In this document: positions 12,301-24,300 of the stretch, piece after piece
Position numbering within the stretch: the first letter of the stretch is position 1
Layout: the number at the start of each line of letters is the position of its first letter
DNA from: Nemertoderma westbladi
Taxonomy: Eukaryota > Animalia > Xenacoelomorpha
Assembly (NCBI GenBank): GCA_032718475.1
Contig: JAUCBJ010007375.1
Span: 1 to 46,670 of the forward strand
Direction of reading: 5' to 3'
Length of the DNA: 46,670 nt
The notes under the pieces: model-generated
Databases searched by the model: none
What the model was told of the DNA's origin: nothing
Seen by the model: the letters and a program-made list of their open reading frames with translations, nothing else
Translations under genes and position numbers: made by a program

Positions 12301-15300
12301 GAATTCCCAGTAGTGCAGCTGAGAGTCCACGGGAAAGGTAAGAGTTTAATAGTAAACGCCCTCCTTGACTCCGGCAGCACAGGAACATTCATCGACAAAG
12401 AACTAGCCGAAGACATCTTTGCTGGACAACCCAAGTTCCGAACTAAGTTGAACCTTTCAGGAATTATGCAGGTTTGGAAATCCACAGTAGCTACAGACTA
12501 CTATGTAGGCGCGTTGTCCACTCCCCAGGACGAACTAGGAGAACACAGCATAAGGTCAGTAAAAATGGTGGCGATAAAGAACTTTTCTACCAGCCAAGTG
12601 GAACCTTACAACTGGGATGAAGACGATTTTACCCAGCAGCATGATATCCCTAGATTCAACACCGACTACCCAGGGGTGCAGATATTGATCGGCCAAAATG
12701 CGCATGAGGCGCTTGAAACATTAGAAAAACGGCCTGCTCGACCGCAACCATTACAAACATATGCGAGAAGAACGAGAGTAGGTTGGTACTTCACTGGACC
12801 TTCCCGTAGAACACTCATGGAAAGATTACCTAACGACCAAGTACATCAGGTGAGTGAATGGGAAGAAGAAATCAGTGAGGGAGAAACCACAACTGAGGAA
12901 ACACCATATTCCTCAGATAATGACGATATTAACTCTAATGTAGATCAATGGAGACATTGTCCTGAGACGATTAATCCAGCCGACATCGCTTCCAGAGGAG
13001 CAACTCCTCAAGAACTGATAGATACTCCAGACTGGTTAGGTGGACCCGAGTTCCTAAGTAAAGAAGAGGATGAATGGCCTCCTCATCTCACCACGGCTGA
13101 GATTAGACAAGCCAAGGGAGCGGAGAAAGTCAAACCCAAAACCCGGACGAGTAAATCAAAGTTATTTAAACCCGTGATAGATCTGTCTGTACTACACATT
13201 TCAGGGGACGACGCTGTGGATCTAAACTCCCCCGCCACAAATAAATCTGTTGTGGAAATCAGAGAAAGAGACTGGAAATCTGGAACACCAGACATCTCGC
13301 AGGGACTCTCACCTCTCCTGCAGGGAGCGATAAACCACTATAGCTCCTGGAATCGGCTTTGTAAGGCCGTCGTGTATTTGAAGCGATGTTTCCATCATCA
13401 CTATTCCAGGACGAAGAAGAAACCTGGAATTGTATTCGAAACACAACAACTCAATCGCCCAGTTGGTCGTTTATGTTTACTGGAAAGAGACCGAGAACTG
13501 TCCGGAAACTATGGAAGGCAAGATACTCTTCCCACAACCACCTCCCTAATCCAACAAACATCTAGGGACTCCCCAAAGTAACAGCGTCTGGAGTGGGTGT
13601 GTGACTATATTATTTTATATTTGTTTATATTATTTTATATTTATGTATGTATTATTATGTAATTTTATTATAATCGTTTTCTTTAATTTTATTTAGTAGA
13701 ATGTTATTTTAGCGATTATTTAGTAGATTAGTGCAATATATATTCGCGTTTATTACTTAATTACTTATATATTATATATTTAGTGCGACGGCGAGAAATA
13801 ATTCTTTTTCTCTTTCCTTACTGTCCGTAGTACATTATAAATACGTGACTACAGTAAGATGAAATATCCGTACTTATTAAAGTACAATAAAGCTCCGACT
13901 ATACTCAAGTATTATTGGTAAGTAGAGTATTAGGAATGCAAAGTTCAGATCCTCGTGTCTCGGCTAAACCAAGCTCTGGGTAGACCTTGGAAACGACTTG
14001 CCTCTTCTCACTGACATTGCTTCTTGCAATATTGCTCTCATACCGTATATTAAATAATACATATAGTAGCATGATGCCACTTTAACAGTAGCGTAAAACG
14101 CCACATAAATCTGTTAAACCCTTTGACCATCTGCCATTCTAGTCGATTAAGATATCGCGGCACCCACCGATATACTTGAAAGACAAAATTCTAGAATCAG
14201 TGGTTAACGTCCCCAGACATGTTCTGGAATAATTCGGTGCCCATCTTAAATATTAAATATTTAATATTTATAAAAATCTATTAAAACAAATGTTATAATA
14301 GAGTAAATGCAGACAAATAAACTCTAAGGAGTTTGTAAACCAAGAAAATCTATAAATCAAAATCTGTTAAAATTCAGATCCTTTAGAATTCTAGTCGATT
14401 AAGATATCATAGCACTTACCGATACTCTTAAAAAGACAAATTTCCTAGAATTAAGGATCCTAGTCTCCAGACAGTTCTGGAATAAAATTGTGTCTATTTT
14501 AATATTAAATAATAAAATTTACAGGAATAAATTTAAATTCATATCCTCTCATGAATTTGATAAATTGTCATTTTATACAATTTATAACATTACCAAAATT
14601 CCATTAATTAATAGATCATGGGAGCGGAGATTCACCCTATTAATTATATTAGTGTGAGAGAATCTCCAATATATAGTCAATAGCCGATAAAATTCATAAA
14701 ATCATGTATAAAGGGGAAGAATATTGACAATTAAAGAATTACTATTAAATAGCATCCCAGATCTGTATGCATGAGAATTACCCTAATTCTACTGCTAGCT
14801 TTCCATAATGTCACCATAGCAACAACCACGCTAGAATTAGAAGCGAGTTAAAAGAACAATAAAAAGCTTGCCCCATTGAATAGCATACGGAATAAATAAC
14901 ACACTGCTAGTATCCAGGGATACATAATAATAACATGGCATTTTGGAAGGCACTTTACTAACAGACAAATGGCCCGAATGTGTACAATTTGTGACAGTTG
15001 TGTGGAATTTGTGCGTTTATAGGTGAATGTTACTACTAAAGTGTGTTTACAGTAGCAAGTTGCAGTTGTGAAAGTAGCCCTACCTCTGCAGTAAGAACCT
15101 GAAGTAAATCTAAGCCCTTGGGATGGACAGTGGAGTGACTCGCGCTGGTTGTTGTTGTCGTTGTGTAGCTACTACGTTGGCGATAGACACAGCGGCGACA
15201 GTACATCAGCGCTGAGGAGCTTGCGCTGTCCGGGGGCATTGAGGGGGAGGCAGCAACGACCGCTAGTCTAAATTATAATTAATTATAATATCGATAAACT

Positions 15301-18300
15301 CATATAGCAGCTATGACTGAGTTGATAGAAGATGATCTTGGTATCAGGGAGCGATATACAATACCATTGCAAGCGTTTGTTGATAGTTTAATACACGGCG
15401 ACACTAGTCCACCCACTACGGAGGACGATGGCCGTTATATCGAACCGCCAATGTCAAAGGAACAGCTCACGCATGAATTGGACTATAGAAAATTCACCGC
15501 TCGCTATACGCATCGTAATGGTACGTATATGGACTTCTTAACTACTGGTCATCCTATCGATTTACACGATACGGATGATGTAGACACCGAAAGGGAAATG
15601 GTTCTATTTAAATATCATACCCAGCGGAGTCGGAACGATAAACTAAGAATCGAACACGAAAATTCTATTCGAAACCAACTCGAAAGAGAAGACGTTGAAC
15701 AGCCGGATAAACGCAGTGACTTCAACAAATATCTGGAATTCTTGAGAGAAACATATCTCAATATAGCCAGTCAACAAAATCTTGAAACTCAATATCCTCA
15801 AGGTATACATCATGACCCTATGATAGAACTCAAACGACTCTATTTCACTATGATGTATCTTACCGCCGATCAACCGCTACTTGTTGTAACGGATAGCTTC
15901 TAACAGATGGAGGAATATTGTAAAACTGGAGAAAGATCACCCGGGTTTCCCCTACAAGACGTGTGTCTTTGGTATTATTGCGACGGATGCCCTAGACCCA
16001 ACCAACAAACGGAAAGACATAAACCTCCGTGGAGACGTTGCGCTAAACACAGTTTTACTCGCTATACTTACGGGAGTTTCGAGCGAAACTTATTCGACGT
16101 ATCACCTATGCTCGCTCGACTCAAACGATCCTTAAATAAACCAATGATCAGAGTTCCGGAATACTTGGTCAGACCTCCTCATTCCCTGGTGAGACCTCAG
16201 ACTCTTGATCCTAATAGTATGACGGATCCTCCTGAACTGTACTCATTGTTCAAAGATCTAGTGTTACCCGAACAATTAGTCGGTGGCACTCCATTTGTGG
16301 GCTCCCTAGATATTCGCCCATCCTACCTAGCCGGATTGGGACGCGGACATTTAATATCGCCGTTCAACCCGTATAATCGTCCCAGTTTAACCCCGATACA
16401 ACCTGTCACCAAGGTCGAGGAGAGAGTTGTACGAAACGCGTTAGACACTATTCGACAAAAGATCGGAAAAGGAACCTACGATTGTTTAGAGAAACGTAAA
16501 TTGCAGCAGCAAGTCCAAGCTGTAAACGAATTAGCTTTATCTCAGTTCGATCGGGAAATCCAGAATCTCTAAGAAGATATCGAACTTGGACGACCCTACT
16601 CTCTGAAAGAGTTTTGGACGAATGCTTCCAACGACAAGCGGAGGAAAATCAGCTCGAGGAGAAGCATATCGATTTCGACAGAGCCCGAGAACGCGAGTCG
16701 GAAAGAACCATCAAACCGAGAAAATTTCTCACTACACACGGTCCACCTACCGCTCTCGTGCAAACGACCCGTCAGGGACCAGTAAGAGCTGCTGTCTTAA
16801 AACACGCTCTCAAGGTTGTTCGACCTCGTTCCACTGAGGTTGATACTGATCAACCGGGTACCTCGACCGGCGGATACACCGACCGTAACCCTAAACCTTC
16901 CGATGTAATTGTATTGCACCCTTCACCCAGGAGTTATAGCCCTCCTAGTAAAGTGGCTCGCCCGAAAGAGAAAAGGACTCTTGCTAGCCTCAAAAAACTG
17001 CGTAAATGCCGTTCGCGTAAGAAGGACTAACTGTTTAGAGTATTTTTATATTTTAGAAACTGTGATTTTTTATATTTTATATAATTAAATCCCATTTTCT
17101 GGGAGCGGTGTAAAAGCTTTTGCGGATATAACAAGTCATTTTCTCCGCAATATACCGTGTAGGTGTTTTAGCGGACATAACAAGCCATTTTCTCCGCAAT
17201 GTACCGTGTGGGTGTTTTAGCGGACATTTCTGCCGCAATGCGCCTAATACTCTAAAAGACTGGAACTCAGATGACGAAATCTGTCAGCTGATTTACTGTA
17301 AACGTGGAACATCTCTTTGTTCAGCTCGCTCAGCCAATCAGAGCGATTTTCATTTTATCTTGCACAGAGGCCTACGGAAAACTGCGCAATGCATTACGGT
17401 TTTTATTAACCTTTCTGAGCCTCAGAACTTCGGCTTGGAAATTATTCTGTGCTTCTGTAGAAGTTTCAGACTTTGGCCAACATTAGACGGCTTTGATTAT
17501 AAGAACGTAAATCTATTATCTGGGCCTGACTGATGCATTACGACAGCATGTCACTCGCTCAATGCATTACGAACTCGGCACCTACCGACATACTGACTTT
17601 CACCGCATTATTTTACTTCTGTTTACTGTCTGTTATTAATTGTTATATGTTGATGGATATGTTGTTATATTTGGAGAATACCGATAAATAATCATAAAAC
17701 CTCCAATCTTCTTGATTACTGAAGGTAAGAGGGACCGGTTACCTGTAGCAATTGCGACTTACATTATAGTGGTTTTTGTGTGAATTAAATGATATTTCAT
17801 AATCCCTACATGTGTCAGTTGCTATCCTCCTTATATATGATCAAATTCAGTGAATTCAGTGAATTCAGTGTGAAACAGTGTGAAGTCGTGTGCAGTAGTG
17901 TGACAGATAATAAAGCATCTCCTAAAGAATGCGCTATTTACGAAAATCAGTAGCCATCTAGTTGTGTTTAGTATAAGTCATAACTCTGTTTTTATACTTA
18001 AAGCGCCACGTCCTAAAGGAACTGTTAATATTTCCCCGAAAGTGAATAATATTGTCAGAGATTATATAGTAACGATCAATCGAATAATACAGTAGGTCTG
18101 CAACGCAATAACTTCAAAGCACCAGAATCCAGTCTCCCTTAACTGTGGGTGAATGATCGCGCATAGACTGGCTTCGGCTAATGTTACTTCATGTGCACTA
18201 AATAATTGTTATAGGCTAAAGTCGATTTATAAACAAGAGGACACCTAAAATTGGCAGGTTAAACTGCTAAAGGTCTGAAAGCGCGAACAGGTTCTCCAAA

Positions 18301-21300
18301 ATGCTTATGTCTCTAAGAGGCTGTTAAACCACAAGATTGTGCACAGGCTGGCCCTCACGGCGAAAGCAATGTCCTGAGAAGAGGAGGCAAATTTGTCCAA
18401 GTCTCAAGCTTAGGGGGACCAATGGGATACCTCTAATGTTATATAGCATCTGGTTGGAGATGTGTGCATTGTACTTACTACAGTTAACCGACGTAGCTTA
18501 TTGCTTCCACCTGTACAATAATAATATTTTGTTTCTCACCCGGTCTTCGGTGCAATCACATCCGGCTACGCAGTGAGTGGCACAGTAGGGGTCAATGTTC
18601 ACTATCGAGAGAGTGTCGCAGGTTTGTCCACAAGGTGAGACACATTCTTGGAATATTTGACTGGCTACATCGCATATCACAGCTGTAACAAATAGCTGGA
18701 ATGTTTAACATATGGATAGAATGAATATTTCATTATGGTATACTGTAAGAATAAATTGAATATTTCATTATGGTACACTCTTACTTGTGTCTGTATGATG
18801 TGTAATGCATTTCTCCCCCAAAAGCACCCATGATACATTGACACCTCTATTAAGGCCCCCATTAAAATAAACACATCATACTCAACTTACCACAGTGTTT
18901 TGAGAATGATGGCAAATCTCTCCAATTGATTTCAATACCCTGTTGATTGCACTCGTGGGTATAAGATGCTATTGCTGTGCAGAAAGACTGGGAGTTGCTA
19001 AAATTGATAAAAAGACAAAGTATTACATTCATTGTACGTTCGTTATTGCCCTGAATACTTTATTGCATGCACTTCATGCAGTGATGCTGACGATGCTGTA
19101 TTGTAAATTTCATCCTAAAACATGACTTCCTTTGATTCACTTTTGATGATAAGTCATTAGATGGGAGGTGTATAATTTTCCCTATATTATTCAGTATTTA
19201 GGGGCTTCAGGGCCACGTATGAATGCAATATTATCTTACATGAATTAACTTATCAAATATCCGCATGTTGAGCGTTGAACGTTGGCGTAGCGTAACGAAT
19301 AATATCTGATCCTCTCTCTTCATGTATGAGCAAGCATGCACAGTAAATTATTGCAAATAGGTCTGATTTAGGATTAGGACAAATTATTTGCTAACTAATT
19401 AAAGCAAACTTTTAGTTGGGCACAGCTTAGTAAAGTCGGCAATGACGTCCAGGTAGAATCGAAATTTGTGACCTCCGGGTTTGAAGTCTGACACTCTAAC
19501 CATTCAGCTATCAGCTCAGGTAAAAGATAAACCTGAAAATACTATCTGATACCTTATATGTCAGCAATTACGTCCTCATGGCCTCCCATCTGTCAATACC
19601 ATAAAACTGTGGTCAACCCTACAGTACCTCGCAATGCTTGGGAGGAGCATAACAGTTTAATTATAACTCTTAGCTTACCCATTTCCTTCATCAGCACAAA
19701 AGTCATCCTGACAATTCTTGAGATAGGGTGATACATCCACAACCTCGCGGCAGTTACTGAATATCGGATCCCTGTTGAGAACAGCACAATACTCTTTGGC
19801 AGCTTCTTTTTTCTTAAAAAAAATTAAAAAGTAATAGAAATGGGTTGGTATGATCCTACAAAAGTGTAAAATAAAAGGTGTATTAGATATATTATTCGGG
19901 GGTAAATTCACCTACCTAAGCCTAAAACCCTTCACCTAATTTTAGGAAAGTTAGTATAGAAGCCGGTTATAGAGGCAGGTTAAAAGTAACCAAAGCAATA
20001 AACAAACTTTCGAATATTGTAGGAAACACAATTAATTTAAGACTAAACAGCTTGAGAATCAACAGTTAGATGTACAAGCATAGCTGTAACTACATGTAGG
20101 CCTAGCGTTTACTCCCAATCAATTCATGTTGTGATGAAAGAGTTCCACTCTCAGTTGAAAGAGTCGAATTATTTACTTCCTGTATATACATGTACAGTAT
20201 ATACCGATAATTATTTGATTGATCAAATTGCGCCATGTAATGCTAATGCTAACATTATATACCCTACCCCCACACAGAATTACTTCCAGTTACTTAATTT
20301 GAATTATCGGCAATATCTATATATATATGATAAATTTGACTATATTTTTTTAATATAAAATATTTAATTTAATATTTAAAATAATATATAAAATATAATA
20401 ATAAGGAAATATTCAAATAGATTATTGAAATTTTCTATACCTGTGAAATCGTACTACAACTATCGGAGTTTGAGGGTGTGAGGGCATGATCACAGCTGGC
20501 CCCCGTCAACCAAGATGTTGCGAATGTATCCACCACGGTTTCTGTGTCCCCGTTGCTGGTGGTGAAATCATTCCTTACATTGCGATCAAAGGTTCCGCAT
20601 AATCCATTTACCTACATGATAAACATGTATTTAACATTTATTTCAAAAATAATAATATAAATTAATCCTAACTTTATCAAATTATTGCTAAACGAAATTT
20701 GTGCAGTTTAGCCTGGTGGTGTGTTCTGTCATAAAAATATATATAGTTTATTATAATTTATATGTTTATTATTATAATGTATATAGGATTTCGGGCAATA
20801 ACGAGAAGTAGACTCCATTGAAACTCACTTTTAACAATAATTATATAGTGTATAATAATAATTATATTAGCAATTATTAATTATTTAAAACAAAACCACT
20901 TGAATATTGTTCACCATTTAGCTTTTATATTTCTGAAGAAATGTTCTTTGTACGGATTCTAATATACGCAGTATAATATACTAATACTGATATTCATACT
21001 AAATTCTAAAAAAACTAATTCTAAAAAAAAATACTATATTATTTTCTCACTTATGTAAAAAGAAATGCTATATAAATGTTGTCATTTATACTTATAATAT
21101 GATTAATTCAGAAATAATTTCTCAAGAACATTAACATTTCCCTTACCTTTTCTTGATGATCAGTAGCGAGAGTAAAATAAATACGACTAATTCTATCATA
21201 GAGAATATTGATTCCAGGAGCTCGGACATTCAAGAATGAAGTCGAAGGAGCCCGAACAGACACTGGATTTCCGGAGTAGGGTAGTTGTTTCTCATTACCA

Positions 21301-24300
21301 TCTGTAATCGGAGATTTACATAATGATTATATCATTGTGTGAAACCATTAAGTTTTCAGCATGATGACCTGTGTGTACTTTTATAATGAGTGCGCCGCGA
21401 GTTAGGTTTATATAAACTAATAATGGTCTTTAAAACTAAATTCACCAATACTTTCAAAAGCATTTTCATACGATGATGGTGTAGGCCTACAATGTATCAT
21501 TCGTTACATGATCTGTACCTGGCGTTTATCTATCTATAATCGGCATGATGCTTGTTTCTTCTTCTACGTTACACCTGCATTAGCTGCATTATAAGTGAGG
21601 TCAGGTCCCCAGATCCTTCTACCACTACTATGGCAGTTATTTGGTACTACCTGTAGCTGTCAGCCCAGTAGGGCAGCCCGATCAGCACCAGTAGCCTAGT
21701 CATAACTTAGTTGATCAACGAATGGGTTCATAAGCGTCAACTAAAGTAGTCAAAGAAGGCTGTACAATGCCTAGGGCACCATTAAAAGCAAAGCCGCAAA
21801 GGGTATACATATATGCAATATATGTATGTATACCAATGGGTTGCAATAGATGCACACGCATAACCCAGGAGGCATACTTGCAGTCCATTGGGTACAGTCC
21901 AGTGCATCCTAGTTCAGTGTTCATGTTGTTTATGTTTCCTATGTATCTAATAAGTTGGTTGTATCGTTTAGTTTATTTTATGTGGCTACAAATGAAGGCC
22001 ATTTTATTTGTTTCTTTCGAGATAAATAATAATAATTGGGTGTTACCCACTGGTGCTGGTAGGTCCATATCCTAAACCCGTAAACAGTATGCAGTACTGC
22101 AGTAGCCTATTTCAGTATTTCAGTTTTACAGTTGGGCTGTATTATGCATTATGCTTATGCAATATATTATACTTATGCATTATGTCTCTTAATTAATCAT
22201 TAATCATTTTAATATTGTAATGATTAGGAATATTTTATGATATTAATTTTCAGCAACTACAACAACAGTACGCTAATCAATCTTACATTAAATTGCTTCA
22301 ATAATTGCTATTGTCGACCAATAGGACAAAGAAGGAAAAATACCCATGAGGTTTTCTAGAATTCACTATTGTTTCTAAGTGATTTATTACTTTGCATCGT
22401 TCCGACCAAGTATGCTGCAAAGCTACAAAGTTTTACAGGGTTAAAAGGATTTCACCCGAGCAGTGATAAGTTGAGATAATGCAACAAAATATATAATGTT
22501 TTGTTTTTATCGTAGGGTTGAAATTTTGAGAATGAAAGAGTAATGGTTCAGTGAACGTCGGCATACAACTAACCCACAATAACACTTTCTCCTCTTAGTA
22601 TAACAGTAGTTGCGCCGTATTCAAGAACAACAGCTTTGCGACAGTTGGTTCTCATGTCACCTTCACAGTCGTATGACTGAAGACGCACTTTGAAGATTCC
22701 ATCAACATGCTACAAGGTTTTAAGAAGTTTTGTTACGATAAAATATTTTAATTCAATAACCATATTTTAAGACGATAAATATTACCCTGTATTGTATAAC
22801 TACTGTAGCTGCCAGCATTAATTAAACATTGAAATTTAAATTATAAGTTAGGTGTGAATGCTAGGCTGACAATCGACAGCAGAAAACCGACAGCTGACAA
22901 CCTTTACTATGAACAAGAAGTAAGCTGTAATCTGAGCGCCTCGATACTTCATTATTGTTTCAATTAGATTAGATTTGTCACGCAGTAACCTGCTCATTTA
23001 CATTAATTAATGCATACAACGACTGTGTTCGTGTTTTACTTTGATTATCTTTTTTTTTTTTTTAGAAAATACCGTTTTCATTTTTATTTGACTAGTATAA
23101 TTCTAATTTTTGTAATATCTGCATTATTATATGAACTCATTTCCTGCCATATATATAGTTTTTATATATCTGCCTTATATGAACTGTCCCAACTTGTTGA
23201 ATATCATAGTACTTAATGATAGGTTCGATTTTAGCTCTTAAAGTGTGCATATTTTAATTAATATTTTGAAATTTTTAATAGATCACGGTAATATAACTTA
23301 ATCTACATAGCGTATTTTATAATCACATACATTTCTTTTTACTTTAATTGCTTGATGTGTATTAATAATATTCCTCTTTATATATCCATATACGGGAATA
23401 AAAGCCAATATTAATATTAATAATGTAGGCTAGGAATGGTTGTCGTTTGATTGCAGTCGGCGTTTACCGCACTAAGGTTGGCGCTTATATTGGCTCAGGC
23501 TAAATTGATGGCACACTTTGTGACTTTAACTAATTAATACTGTAACTTTACTACAAAAACTGTAACTTTACTACTAAAACTGCAACTATCCGCCCAAAAG
23601 ATAGAAGAAAATCAAAAGAAGAGAATCAGTAAGTAATGAAAGGCGATCTATTTTTAATATAAATGTTTTAAAATTAACAAGATACTGATAATAATTAATG
23701 TAAAATTAATTGTAAAGGGCCTATTAATTCAAATTTTGTTCAATTAGTTGAACCTAAGGATTGGCTTAGGAATTTAGGAATAGCTATTATTAAGGATGCC
23801 GAAAACGACCCTATGACATTTACAATTCTTTAACTTACAGTTGCCAATACATATTCGCAAGTACCAAAGAAGTTGTAGAACATGCCGTCAAATGTGCCGA
23901 AATGTCCGTGACCCAAAACACGACAGGTTGAGTCGCATTTCTGGTGCGAGCAGTCCCATTTAGCCCCCATACACGTACTGAAAAAGTAATTAAATATTTT
24001 ACTGATTATCAGGTGATAAAACTATAAAATAGCAACTAGCCATTAAATAGACAATTGTGCAAAAACTAACACTGTGCACCCTTTGTAACATTCGGTACAT
24101 ACATCCAATCATGGATTTGGCAGCAAGAGCACGTAGTGATAATAATAAGAAAATATCATAAGAAAAAAACTAGAAAATCAGTAACAATATAAAACAATAT
24201 AAAAAACAATACAACACATCCGTTTTGGGTGACCACTGCTGCTAGGCCTACTAGTGCTGCTACTGCTACTGCTGCTAGGGCTACTTCTGGAATGATAAAT

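Larger units (their letters stand above)
2632..18289 (+). mobile_element. BEL/Pao LTR retrotransposon, non-autonomous (Gag-protease only), intronic and antisense to the host gene
   Basis: Two ~1.18-kb TG...CA direct repeats; 5-bp TSD GGTTC at 2627-2631 and 18290-18294; DUF1759-like gag, triple Zn knuckle, LLDSGS protease, NPADxxSRG motif; purine-rich GGGAGCGG before the 3' LTR. Confidence 0.95.

Noticed and set aside
21560-21760. Twister-like words (GGTCCCCAG) and small hairpins
   Set aside because: I could not build the required stems and pseudoknots.
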